Virus record (IMG/VR): IMGVR_UViG_3300035670_000569
Location: 1-39,314 of that record
DNA: 39,314 nucleotides
Strand: one strand, 5' to 3'
Origin: a virus
Taxonomy: Duplodnaviria; Caudoviricetes
Shown here: positions 8,286 through 17,153 of the stretch, one piece after another
How positions within the stretch are numbered: the first letter of the stretch is position 1
How the letters are laid out: each line of letters begins with the position of its first letter
Notes under the pieces: model-generated
Database searches by the model: none
What the model was told of the DNA's origin: nothing
Seen by the model: only the letters and a program-made list of their open reading frames with translations
Position numbers and translations under genes: made by a program

Positions 8286-8564
8286 ATGGCCCAATCTGTC
8301 ACCCTAGACGCCAATGACGAAACCAACCCCGCAAGCGGCACGTTTGTGGTCCCTCGCGGCCAGACAGCCAGCTACTCGGTAGACATCACCGGCACCATCA
8401 CGGTCACGCTACAGCGCCGTATTGGTGGTACTGCGTGGATCGATGTAGAAACCGGCTACACGGCAGACACCACAAAGCAGATCGAAGCCCCCGGCGAATA
8501 TCGCCTGATAGCCTCTGGAACTTCTGGAGGCTCTGCCGTCACCATCCTGGCGCTAGACGTATGA
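8286..8564 (+). CDS. Small beta-rich virion protein (possible spike base/decoration)
   Basis: GTITVTLQRRIGGTAWIDV; RBS GAGGA. Confidence 0.55.
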   Translation: MAQSVTLDANDETNPASGTFVVPRGQTASYSVDITGTITVTLQRRIGGTAWIDVETGYTADTTKQIEAPGEYRLIASGTSGGSAVTILALDV

Positions 8565-9109
8565 CCGACCGCCTCGTCAAAGTGTTGCAACAGCTTTTGG
8601 CTTACGACCCCGAAACGGGAAAACTATTCTGGAAGGCAAGGCCAACCGAGATGTTCCCTTCGGCAAAAGACGCAAAAACGTGGAATACCACATGGGCAAA
8701 CCGTGAGGCGTTTACTGCGGTACACCATAACGGCTATTTTGTAGGCGCTGTGTTTGCTAAAAATTATAGAGCGCACCGTGTAATTTGGGCAATGCATTAT
8801 GGCGAATGGCCAAAGGGACAAATAGACCACATCAACGGTGACAAGCGAGATAATCGCCTTGGCAATTTACGTTGTGTCACGCACCAAGAAAACGGAAAAA
8901 ATCAAAAACGCAGGTCAACAAACACCAGCGGGGCGACCGGGGTTGATTATGTTGCGCGGTTAAGAAAGTGGCGAGCCCAAATAAAAGATGGAAAAAAAGC
9001 CGTTCACCTTGGTGTTTTTCCAACGTTTGAAGAGGCACTAAGCGTCCGAAAGGCTTGGGAAGCAAAACTGTCTTACCACGCAAATCACGGGCGGGTTTGC
9101 AATGACTGA
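8561..9109 (+). CDS. HNH homing endonuclease with C-terminal AP2-like domain
   Basis: YDPETG, RAHRVIW, IDHINGDKRDNRLGNL, NTSGATGV, KWRAQI, HLGVF; AT-richer than its flanks. Confidence 0.9.
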   Translation: MTDRLVKVLQQLLAYDPETGKLFWKARPTEMFPSAKDAKTWNTTWANREAFTAVHHNGYFVGAVFAKNYRAHRVIWAMHYGEWPKGQIDHINGDKRDNRLGNLRCVTHQENGKNQKRRSTNTSGATGVDYVARLRKWRAQIKDGKKAVHLGVFPTFEEALSVRKAWEAKLSYHANHGRVCND

Positions 9110-9464
9110 CCGGCTGATCAAGGTTTTGCAACAATCAAAGACGATCCTGCGGGGCCTCAAGCCTCGCGGTAACGCCATCGTGGCCACACAGGACGAAAAC
9201 GAAACGCTTGACTACAGCGTCAACTGGTCCGGCTGGCTTGGCACAGACACCATTGCAAGCGTCTCCAACGTCGTCACTGGCCTCACAATCTCCAACGCCA
9301 GCAACACAACGACAACCGCCACGTTCCGCCTCTCTGGAAGCATCTCCGGCTGGCTAGAGCACCGCATCACCACAGCAGGCGGGCGCACCAAGGAGCTGCT
9401 GATCCTGCTGGAGGTGTCTGGGTATCCTGTCAGTTCGGATTATGGGCTGCGCATCCGCGCTTAG
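9102..9464 (+). CDS. Virion fibre-adaptor-like protein
   Basis: LDYSVNWSGWLGTDTIAS...RITTAGGRT. Confidence 0.6.
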   Translation: MTDRLIKVLQQSKTILRGLKPRGNAIVATQDENETLDYSVNWSGWLGTDTIASVSNVVTGLTISNASNTTTTATFRLSGSISGWLEHRITTAGGRTKELLILLEVSGYPVSSDYGLRIRA

Positions 9465-9561
9465 GTTGGCGCAAACAATGCCTTGGTGTGGTCGAAACCC
9501 GCCAAAACAGTGCCCTAGGGTAGAAACACTATGATTGATAGCAAAAAACCAGTGTGCGACC

Positions 9562-9906
9562 GTGCCTAGAGGTGGACCGCGCCCGAACTCAGGCCGCCCC
9601 AAAGGCGCCAAGACCAAGCTGACTGAACAGGCGATCCTGAAAGCAGGCGAGGGCCTTTTGCCTCTCGACTACATGCTGAGCCTGCTACGCGACGAAAGCC
9701 TAGACACAGCCCAGCGGTTTGAAGCGGCAAAGGCAGCGGCGCCTTACGTCCATGCCCGCCTGAGCCAAGTAGACAGCACGGTGACCCATAAGCGTGATGT
9801 TGCAGAACTTACAACGGCAGAACTCGACGAACTTCTCGCGGCTGAACTTGCTTCAGGAAAAGCGCGCACGTCTCGCGGCCACAGAGACGCTGGCGGCGTT
9901 CACTGA
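9562..9906 (+). CDS. terS: Terminase small subunit
   Basis: RGGPRPNSGRPKG, PLDYML, AAKAAAPYVHARL; directly upstream of terL; start GTG 9562 or TTG 9535. Confidence 0.75.
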   Translation: MPRGGPRPNSGRPKGAKTKLTEQAILKAGEGLLPLDYMLSLLRDESLDTAQRFEAAKAAAPYVHARLSQVDSTVTHKRDVAELTTAELDELLAAELASGKARTSRGHRDAGGVH

Positions 9907-11260
9907 ATACACCTTCCCGCAGTACAGGACGGCAGAGCATCACCGGCTGATCTGCGAGAAGCTGGAAGCGGTAGAGCGGGGCGAGATTGATCGCCTGATG
10001 ATCTTCATGCCGCCGAGGCACGGCAAGTCAGAGCTGGCAAGCAAGAGGTTCCCGGCCTGGTATCTGGGGCGCAACCCGCAGAAGCAGGTCATCACCGCAA
10101 GCTATAACAGCGATTTGGCTGGGGATTTCGGGCGGCAGGTCAGGAACATCGTCCGCGAGCAGCGGTTCCGCAACGTGTTCCCGAGCGTCACGCTGGCAGA
10201 GGACAGCCAAGCGGCAAACCGCTGGAACACGAGTGCAGGCGGATCGTATGTGGCGGCGGGTGTCGGCACGGCAGTTACGGGACGCGGCGCGCATCTGTTG
10301 TTGATCGATGACCCGGTGAAGGACCGCGAGGAAGCGGAAAGCGAAACCCGGCGAGAGACGGTCTACAACTGGTATTCCTCGACGGCCTACACCCGTTTGA
10401 TGCCGGGCGGCGCGGTCATCCTGATCCAGACACGCTGGCATGAAGATGACCTTGCGGGCCGCTTGTTAGAGGCAGAGGCCAAAGGTGGGGACAAGTGGGA
10501 GAAGCTGATCCTGCCAGCCATCCTGAGCAATGGGCAAGCGCTCTGGCCTGAATGGTATCCGATTGACGCGCTGAACCGCACCAAGGCCGCCATTGGCCCC
10601 CGTGACTGGTCGGCGCTCTACCAACAGCAACCCGCGCCTGATGACGGCACGTTCTTCCTGAAAGCCTGGTTCAAGCGCCACGAAAGCCCGCCTGAGCGCT
10701 GCCACGTCTACATGACCAGCGACTATGCGGTGACTGAGGGTGACGGCGATTACACAGAGCACGCCATCTGGGGCATTGATGGCACTGGCCGGATTTTCCA
10801 ACTTGACTGGTGGCACGGTCAGACCGCTTCCGACGAATGGATCGAACAGAAGCTGCACATGATCCGCAAGTGGAAGCCTATCTGTGCGTTTGGCGAAGCG
10901 GGTGTGATCCAGAAGGCCATCGAGCCGATGCTGAAGCGCCGGATGACCGAGACGGCCACCCGCTGCCGGATGGAATGGCTGCCAAGCATTCATGACAAGG
11001 CGACCCGTGCCCGTGCGTTCCAGAGCCGGGCTGCAATGGGCGAGGTTTCGCTACTGGATGACGAGAGGGGAGAGCGCGTGTTGAAACAGTTGTTAGCCTT
11101 CCCAGCCGGTAAGCACGACGACGCTGTGGACGTGTGTTCGATGATGGGCCTTGCGCTGGACATGGCGCATCCGGCCATCGTGCCGCTGGCCACGCCCAAG
11201 CCGCAAGCGTTTGGCGATTACCGGGCCGGTGCGCCTGCGGGGGATAGTTGGCGGGTATGA
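9794..11260 (+). CDS. terL: Terminase large subunit
   Basis: Walker A MPPRHGKS, Walker B LLLIDDP, QTRWHEDDL, nuclease SDYA and HDDAVD; start uncertain. Confidence 0.95.
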   Translation: MMLQNLQRQNSTNFSRLNLLQEKRARLAATETLAAFTEYTFPQYRTAEHHRLICEKLEAVERGEIDRLMIFMPPRHGKSELASKRFPAWYLGRNPQKQVITASYNSDLAGDFGRQVRNIVREQRFRNVFPSVTLAEDSQAANRWNTSAGGSYVAAGVGTAVTGRGAHLLLIDDPVKDREEAESETRRETVYNWYSSTAYTRLMPGGAVILIQTRWHEDDLAGRLLEAEAKGGDKWEKLILPAILSNGQALWPEWYPIDALNRTKAAIGPRDWSALYQQQPAPDDGTFFLKAWFKRHESPPERCHVYMTSDYAVTEGDGDYTEHAIWGIDGTGRIFQLDWWHGQTASDEWIEQKLHMIRKWKPICAFGEAGVIQKAIEPMLKRRMTETATRCRMEWLPSIHDKATRARAFQSRAAMGEVSLLDDERGERVLKQLLAFPAGKHDDAVDVCSMMGLALDMAHPAIVPLATPKPQAFGDYRAGAPAGDSWRV

Positions 11261-13347
11261 TTGCGGGCAAGCCTCAGACAGAGAAGTACGGCGGCCAGAC
11301 CGACGGCACGAACGTTGAGTTCGCCGGGAAGGACATTGCGACCTACAAGAAGTGGGTGCGCCAAGCCGAGGACGCACACAACGAGGCGCGCAAGCTGTCT
11401 CACCGAGACCGCGACTGGTACGACAACTACAACGACACGCAATGGGATGAGCGCGAAAAGCAAATCCTGATCCGTCGCGGCCAGCCGATTGTCACCATGA
11501 ACCGCATCAAGCGCAAGGTGAACTTCCTGTGCGGCATTGAGCAGAAGGCACGCTCTGACCCTAAAGCCTTTGCCCGCAAGCCGGGGAATGAGGAACAGGC
11601 CCAGGTTGCGACGGATGTTCTGGACTACATCGAGAACACGATCCGGTTCGACAAGATCGCCTCGTCATCGTTTAAGTGCCTTGCCATTGAAGGCATAGCC
11701 GCGATCGACATCTGTTACGAGGAAGGCGAAGGCGCGTTTGGCATTGTCGGCAAGGAAATCGACTTTGACCAGTTCTTCTACGACCCGCGCAGCAGACGGG
11801 CGGACTTCTCAGACGCCCGGTATCTGGGGTACCACAACTGGTACGACCTTGAAGACGCAATGGCGCTGTTCCCGGACAACCCGGATGCCGAGGCTGCGCT
11901 TAAAGGCTCTCTGACCGGCGATACGACTGACGAGGGATACGACGACAAGCCCCGGTTCCGCTGGGGCGATGAAGACCGGCAACGTGTTCGTGTGGCGTGT
12001 ATCTACTGGCGCGCACCGAATGGCGTCTGGAACTATGCGTATTTCTCCGGCGGCGGTGTGCTGGACGAGGGGGAAAGCAGGTATGTCGATGACAAGGGCG
12101 TGCCCACGTGCCCCATCATTGCAGCGTCCGCCTATGTGACCCGCGAGAATGAACGTTACGGTGTTGTCCGGGACATGATCGGGCCTCAGTCCGAGATGAA
12201 TTACCGCCGGTCGATGTCGCTGTTTCTGATCAAGAACCGGCGCATCTGGTCGAAGGCTGGCATCTTCCCGCCGGACACAAACCCAAAGGAAGAAGTCGCA
12301 CGGGCTGACGCGCACCTGATTGCCAATGGTGAGCTGGGTACGGACTGGGGGTTCATTGAGAGCCAGGCCGAGGTTGCCCAGAACTTTGAGCTGCTTCAGG
12401 ACGCCAAGAACGAAATCGACGCACAGGGTCCGAATGCTGGATTGCAGGGCCGGGGTGTTGAAGGCCAGTCAGGCCGGGCCATCCTTGCCCAGCAAAACGC
12501 TGGATTGGCTGAAGAAAACACGCTGTACGATACGCACAACGATTGGAAGCTGAGAGTTTACAGGGCATTCTGGGCACGGGCGAAGCAATTCTGGACTGAG
12601 CCTATGTTCCTCCGCATCAGCGATGACGAGGCACCGGAAGGCGCACGGTTCACGCCGGTCAACCAACCGATGATGCCGGGGCAAATGCCACAAGGCCAGC
12701 CCATGCCGCCGCAAGCCCCACCGATGGGCGGTGTTCCGGGAATGGGAATGCCGGGCCAGAAGCCCCCGCAAATGCCCCAGATGCCGCCCCAGATGGGCAA
12801 CGTCATGCCAATGGGCATGGGTACGCCTCCGATGGGTCCGCCCCCTGTGCAGAACGCACTCGCTGAAATGGATGTGGACATCATCATCGAAGCCGCGCCG
12901 GACATGATCACGCTGCAACATGAGCAGTTTGAGCAATTGACCGCGATGGTACAGGCCGGGGTTCCGATCCCGCCGGACGTGCTGATTGAAGCCAGCCAGC
13001 TCCGCAACAAAAAGCAGCTTGCCGAGAAGATGGACGCAGGAATGCAGCTCCAGCAGGCCCAGCAGCAATTGCAGGAAATGCAGAAGCAGCTCCAGCAGGC
13101 GCAGGCCGAATTGCAGAAGGCGCAGATGCCGAAGCCGGAGACGATCAATCCGCTGGACATGGCGAAAGCGCAGGACATGGCCCGCAAGGCAGACCGCGAC
13201 GACGCGCTGGCACAGGCCACAATCCGCGACACAGACGCAGGTATTGCCCTGAAGGCCGCGCAGGCCACGCAGGCGCAGGCCAGTGCTTACAAATCGGTAG
13301 AGGATGCCAACCGTCCTCTGCCCACACCGACTAAGCCGAAAGGCTGA
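11257..13347 (+). CDS. P22-like portal protein
   Basis: YNDTQW, NRIKRKV, YGVVRDMIGPQSEMNYRRS, QSGRAILAQQ; Q-rich C-terminal coiled coil; follows terL. Confidence 0.9.
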   Translation: MIAGKPQTEKYGGQTDGTNVEFAGKDIATYKKWVRQAEDAHNEARKLSHRDRDWYDNYNDTQWDEREKQILIRRGQPIVTMNRIKRKVNFLCGIEQKARSDPKAFARKPGNEEQAQVATDVLDYIENTIRFDKIASSSFKCLAIEGIAAIDICYEEGEGAFGIVGKEIDFDQFFYDPRSRRADFSDARYLGYHNWYDLEDAMALFPDNPDAEAALKGSLTGDTTDEGYDDKPRFRWGDEDRQRVRVACIYWRAPNGVWNYAYFSGGGVLDEGESRYVDDKGVPTCPIIAASAYVTRENERYGVVRDMIGPQSEMNYRRSMSLFLIKNRRIWSKAGIFPPDTNPKEEVARADAHLIANGELGTDWGFIESQAEVAQNFELLQDAKNEIDAQGPNAGLQGRGVEGQSGRAILAQQNAGLAEENTLYDTHNDWKLRVYRAFWARAKQFWTEPMFLRISDDEAPEGARFTPVNQPMMPGQMPQGQPMPPQAPPMGGVPGMGMPGQKPPQMPQMPPQMGNVMPMGMGTPPMGPPPVQNALAEMDVDIIIEAAPDMITLQHEQFEQLTAMVQAGVPIPPDVLIEASQLRNKKQLAEKMDAGMQLQQAQQQLQEMQKQLQQAQAELQKAQMPKPETINPLDMAKAQDMARKADRDDALAQATIRDTDAGIALKAAQATQAQASAYKSVEDANRPLPTPTKPKG

Positions 13348-13350
13348 GAC

Positions 13351-13396
13351 CCGCCGCCGGGGATCGGGCGTATCAGGCCGCCGCTGTTACGGGCGT
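13351..13396 (+). promoter_or_regulatory. Duplicated hairpin motif in the scaffold leader
   Basis: CCGCCGC-N5-7-CGGGCGT twice (13351-13371, 13378-13396) immediately before RBS GGAG. Confidence 0.5.
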
Positions 13397-13402
13397 TTGG
13401 AG

Positions 13403-14197
13403 ATGATGATGAGTGGAGAGAAAGACTTTCTTGACGAGTTTGCCGAGCAGGATGCTGCCCTTGAACCCGTGCAACAGACCATTGACCGCGTGGAACCCGC
13501 TACAGGCGGACCAGAACGCGGACCCGATGGGAAGTTCGTGCGGAGGGAAGCAGCCGAAAAAGCGACGCAAGCCGAAACGGGCGCAAAAGAAGCTGCCGGA
13601 ATGCAGCAGATCACCGAGCCGCCGTCGGATGATGAAGAAGGTGCACAAGTCCCTCTGTCGGTTGTCAAAGCCCTCCGCAAGGAACTCCAGGAGCTAAAAC
13701 GCTCTCAGGGACAGGCAACCCAAACGCAACCCAAGGCGCCGGAGTTTACCGGGCCACAGGTAGCATTCGAACAGGACCCGCGTTCTTACCTCGAACAGAC
13801 GTTGCACGCCCAGAAGATGCAGATGAGCATGTTCATGGCCAGCCAGCAGAATGACGAGGCAACCGTTCGTGAAGCATGGTCAGCCTTTGACGAAGCCTGC
13901 CGGAATGACCCGGCAACTTCGGCTTACAGCTACACGCTTCTCCAGCATCCCCACCCGATGGGCGAGCTGGTGAAATGGTACAAGCGCGAACAGCAATTGC
14001 AGATGCTCAACGAGGCAGGGTCACTTGAGGCCCTCATTGAACAGCGTCTTCAAGCCATGCAAGGCGGGCAAGCCCCGCAGGTCCAGACGCAGGGAAGGCC
14101 AAACGTCCCGCCATCACTGGCAGGAACAGGCAAGCCCCGCACATCAGATGCAACCGGTGAACCCGCAGACGGCTTCGACGTCCTTTTCAAACGCTAA
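13403..14197 (+). CDS. Scaffolding protein
   Basis: Acidic, RGPDGKF, QVPLSVV, PPSLA; lies between portal and capsid genes. Confidence 0.8.
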   Translation: MMMSGEKDFLDEFAEQDAALEPVQQTIDRVEPATGGPERGPDGKFVRREAAEKATQAETGAKEAAGMQQITEPPSDDEEGAQVPLSVVKALRKELQELKRSQGQATQTQPKAPEFTGPQVAFEQDPRSYLEQTLHAQKMQMSMFMASQQNDEATVREAWSAFDEACRNDPATSAYSYTLLQHPHPMGELVKWYKREQQLQMLNEAGSLEALIEQRLQAMQGGQAPQVQTQGRPNVPPSLAGTGKPRTSDATGEPADGFDVLFKR

Positions 14198-14219
14198 CAA
14201 CCCCTGAAAGGACAAGGCT

Positions 14220-15335
14220 ATGGCCTATACGACCCCGGCAACGGGCAACATTCTGAAGAAATGGGAAACCGACTATTTTGCGGAATACGTCCGCGAGAGT
14301 GGGTTTAATCCCTACATGGGCTCTGGCACGAACTCCCCGTTCGTTGTCAAGAAACAGCTCATCCAGGGCGGTCAGGTTATCACTGTTCCGCTCGTCTCGG
14401 CGCTGACCGGTTCCAACGTTGGCACCGGCACGCTGGTTGGTAACGAGGAAAGCCTTGGCAACTACTCGTACGACCTCAAGCCCTACTGGCATCGTTATGC
14501 CGTGGCCATCAAGAAGTCTGACGAGCAGAACTCGGTCATCGACCTCCTGAACGCCTCGCGTGACATGCTCAAGGTCCGCGATATGGACGACATGCGTGAC
14601 AGCATTATCAATGCGCTCTCGTCTGTTGTTGAGGCTTCCAGCTCCTATACCGATGCTCCCGGCCACTCAAAAGAAGTCTTCTTCTCCGAGGCAACCACGG
14701 CGCAGAAGAACACGTGGGCAGCTGCAAACGAGTACCGGATCCTGTTCGGTAACAGCGAGGCGAACTACAACGCCACGTTCGGCACGGCGGCTGCAAACGT
14801 TGACACCACCAGCGATAAGTTCTCGGTGACGTCGATTGCCCTGCTCAAGCGCATGGCAAAACGCCGGTTCCGCACTGCCAAGGGTGACGCGATCGATCTC
14901 CCGTCGATCCGCCCAATCCGTACCGGTTCGCAGGGCCGTGAGTTCTTCGTGTGCTTTGCCGGTCCTGAAACGTTTGCTGACCTCAAGCTCGACATGCGTA
15001 CCATCAACCTCGATGGTCGCCCGCGCGATGTGGAAAGCAATCCCATCTTCCAAGATGGCGACCTGATTGTTGACGGCGTTGTGGTCCGGGAAATCCCCGA
15101 GATTGGCAACGTTGGCACGATTGGTGCGGCTTCGGCCACAGTGTACCCGGTCTACTTCACAGGCGCTCAGGCGCTTGGCATTGCGTGGGGTCAGACGACC
15201 CGTGCCACGCAGCGCAAAGAAGACGACTTCGGGTTCGTCAAGGGCGTTGGCGTCGAGAGCCTCTGGAGCGCAGAGAAACTGCGTTACAACGGCATCGACC
15301 ATGGCATGATCACCGGCTTCTTTGCCGCAACCTGA
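14220..15335 (+). CDS. Major capsid protein (N4-gp56/DUF4043 type)
   Basis: FNPYMG, LVGNEESL, NPIFQDGDLIVDGVVVREIP, GAQALGIAWG. Confidence 0.9.
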   Translation: MAYTTPATGNILKKWETDYFAEYVRESGFNPYMGSGTNSPFVVKKQLIQGGQVITVPLVSALTGSNVGTGTLVGNEESLGNYSYDLKPYWHRYAVAIKKSDEQNSVIDLLNASRDMLKVRDMDDMRDSIINALSSVVEASSSYTDAPGHSKEVFFSEATTAQKNTWAAANEYRILFGNSEANYNATFGTAAANVDTTSDKFSVTSIALLKRMAKRRFRTAKGDAIDLPSIRPIRTGSQGREFFVCFAGPETFADLKLDMRTINLDGRPRDVESNPIFQDGDLIVDGVVVREIPEIGNVGTIGAASATVYPVYFTGAQALGIAWGQTTRATQRKEDDFGFVKGVGVESLWSAEKLRYNGIDHGMITGFFAAT

Positions 15336-15357
15336 TAGCATAGAGAGGAACTGAACC

Positions 15358-15738
15358 ATGGGTTCTCAAGCACGTGTGTATCACACGAACCAAATCCACT
15401 ATCTCCGCAAGGACATCACCTATCTGGACACGGGTGTCAAAACCGTTGGCGTTCTTCCGGCTGGGGCAATCGTTGTGCAGGCTGGCGTCATTGTCTCGAC
15501 GGCATGGAACTCCGGCACGTCGGATGTTTTGGACATCGGCACGTCTGGCGATGGCGACGGGTTCGCAACGGACCTTTCGCTCCGCACGATTGGCAATATC
15601 GTCTGGGACGAACTGGCCACGTCGAACGACCTGTACAGCGCGTCTGAAGTGACGATCACCTGTGAGGCTGCTTCGACGGGCACAGCGGCGACTGCCGGTG
15701 TGGGCCATGTCTATGTCGGCTATATCCCGGCAGCGTGA
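15358..15738 (+). CDS. Capsid decoration/cement protein
   Basis: LPAGAIV...AWNSGTSDVLDIG beta-rich protein immediately after the capsid gene; RBS GAGG. Confidence 0.65.
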   Translation: MGSQARVYHTNQIHYLRKDITYLDTGVKTVGVLPAGAIVVQAGVIVSTAWNSGTSDVLDIGTSGDGDGFATDLSLRTIGNIVWDELATSNDLYSASEVTITCEAASTGTAATAGVGHVYVGYIPAA

Positions 15739-16448
15739 TGACAGACCGTCCTATCCGCCTTGCCGTGCTTACGCCTTCCCTTACGGGGCAGGTACATATT
15801 GAGCACGGCGAGGCGATTGCGGACCTGAGAGTGCAATGCCTCAAACGGGGCATTGCATTCCGCAGGTTCTACAACAAAGGTTCGTCCGTCCTGTGCAAGA
15901 ACCGCAACGTGCTGGCACAGTGCGCGGTGGATTTTGGGGCGGACTGGGTGCTCTGGGTCGATGATGACATTGCGTTCAAGGCCGAGGACGTGTTCCGGCT
16001 GATGGACAGAGGGAAAGACATTATCGGGGCTTGCCCGCAACGCCGGACGCACAAATGGGGCGAAGGCGGTACGGTCGCGTTCGATGGTGTGCCGAAGCGT
16101 GGCCCTGACGGCTTGGTAGCAGCGGACAAGATGCCGACTGCGTTCCTGCTGGTTCGGGGTAGCGTGTTCACGGACCTTGCTGCTTCTGGCCTTGCACCTG
16201 AATACAAGACCCGTGACGGAGCATCTGGTGAACTCACGATGCGGAAGTGGTTCTGGTTTGACGTAGACGCCGAAGGCTATGACGTTGGCGAGGACTATTA
16301 CTTCTGCAACCAGGCCAGAAAGCTCGACTATGAATGCTGGTGTGAACCTGACGTGAGGCTGTCTCACTTTGAAGGCCTTGTGGAGCACACGCTGAGCCTT
16401 GCAGACATCATGCAGGCGATGGAGATGGCAGATGGCAACGCAAGCTGA
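15735..16448 (+). CDS. GT-A fold (GT2-like) glycosyltransferase
   Basis: RNVLA, WVLWVDDDIAF (DxD), GEDYYFC, LSHFEG. Confidence 0.75.
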   Translation: MMTDRPIRLAVLTPSLTGQVHIEHGEAIADLRVQCLKRGIAFRRFYNKGSSVLCKNRNVLAQCAVDFGADWVLWVDDDIAFKAEDVFRLMDRGKDIIGACPQRRTHKWGEGGTVAFDGVPKRGPDGLVAADKMPTAFLLVRGSVFTDLAASGLAPEYKTRDGASGELTMRKWFWFDVDAEGYDVGEDYYFCNQARKLDYECWCEPDVRLSHFEGLVEHTLSLADIMQAMEMADGNAS

Positions 16449-16776
16449 CCTTGTCGCCCGTGTCCTGAAGGAACTTTACGTTCTGGAAGGCGGGGCAACC
16501 CCGAACGCAACGGACGACGCAACCGTCGATGAAGGCATTGCGGAAGTTCATGCAGAATTGCAGGAACGCCGGATTGCGTATTGGGAACTTACGGACATTC
16601 CCGAGGCAGTCATGCGGGGATTGACCCTGATGGTAGCCGGGAATGTAGGGCGCAGGTTTGTGCCAGACATGAGCGTCGGTGAATGCGAGCAGATGCGGGA
16701 ACTGGGCATGAGACGTATCCGCGAGGTGATCGCGATGCAGCAAGACCATCAGCCCGTTCCGCAGAATTACTTTTGA
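16432..16776 (+). CDS. Head-tail adaptor (P22 gp4-like)
   Basis: MATQADLVARVLKEL; helical ~114 aa; gene position. Confidence 0.65.
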   Translation: MATQADLVARVLKELYVLEGGATPNATDDATVDEGIAEVHAELQERRIAYWELTDIPEAVMRGLTLMVAGNVGRRFVPDMSVGECEQMRELGMRRIREVIAMQQDHQPVPQNYF

Positions 16777-16784
16777 GGTGAGAC

Positions 16785-17153
16785 ATGGCAATCCTTCGAT
16801 ACAACGGGCCTTGGGACAATCGGGAACTATGGGGCATGAACTTCCCCCGTGGGCAAACGGTCGAAACCAATGACCCGGACCTGATTGCAAAGGCTCTGAG
16901 ACTGGATGGGTTTGAGCGTCTGGACGTGGAGCCGGTGCAGAACCCCGAGCCAGAAGATTACCCGGCTTCCCCGGAGCCTGTAGCTTTTGACGAGCTTAAA
17001 ATCCCGGTGGTGGGTGCGAGGCTTCTTCCTGACGGCTGGGAGAAGATGCATTGGAAGCAGCGTGTCAAGCTGGCCAAGGAACTGACCGGCAAGGACTGCG
17101 CCAACGGGTCTGAAGCAGATCAGGCGCTCCGCGAGGCGCTGGAGCCGCAGTAA
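16785..17153 (+). CDS. Hypothetical protein in the head-tail module
   Basis: RBS GAGGTG; coupled to the next gene. Confidence 0.65.
   Translation: MAILRYNGPWDNRELWGMNFPRGQTVETNDPDLIAKALRLDGFERLDVEPVQNPEPEDYPASPEPVAFDELKIPVVGARLLPDGWEKMHWKQRVKLAKELTGKDCANGSEADQALREALEPQ

Noticed and set aside
8561-9109. Group I intron or intein around the HNH gene
   Set aside because: No non-coding flanks to hold a ribozyme core and no intein terminal residues; the ORF overlaps both neighbours.
9465-9510. tRNA-like arm (GTGG-TCGAAAC-CCGC within TTGGCG...CGCCAA)
   Set aside because: Only ~40 nt, no D or anticodon arm, and the loop lacks TTC; may be a simple hairpin near terS.
9794-9906. Programmed frameshift fusing terS and terL
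   Set aside because: The overlap is real but I see no slippery heptamer; alternative terL starts (9797 ATG, 9848 TTG) suffice.
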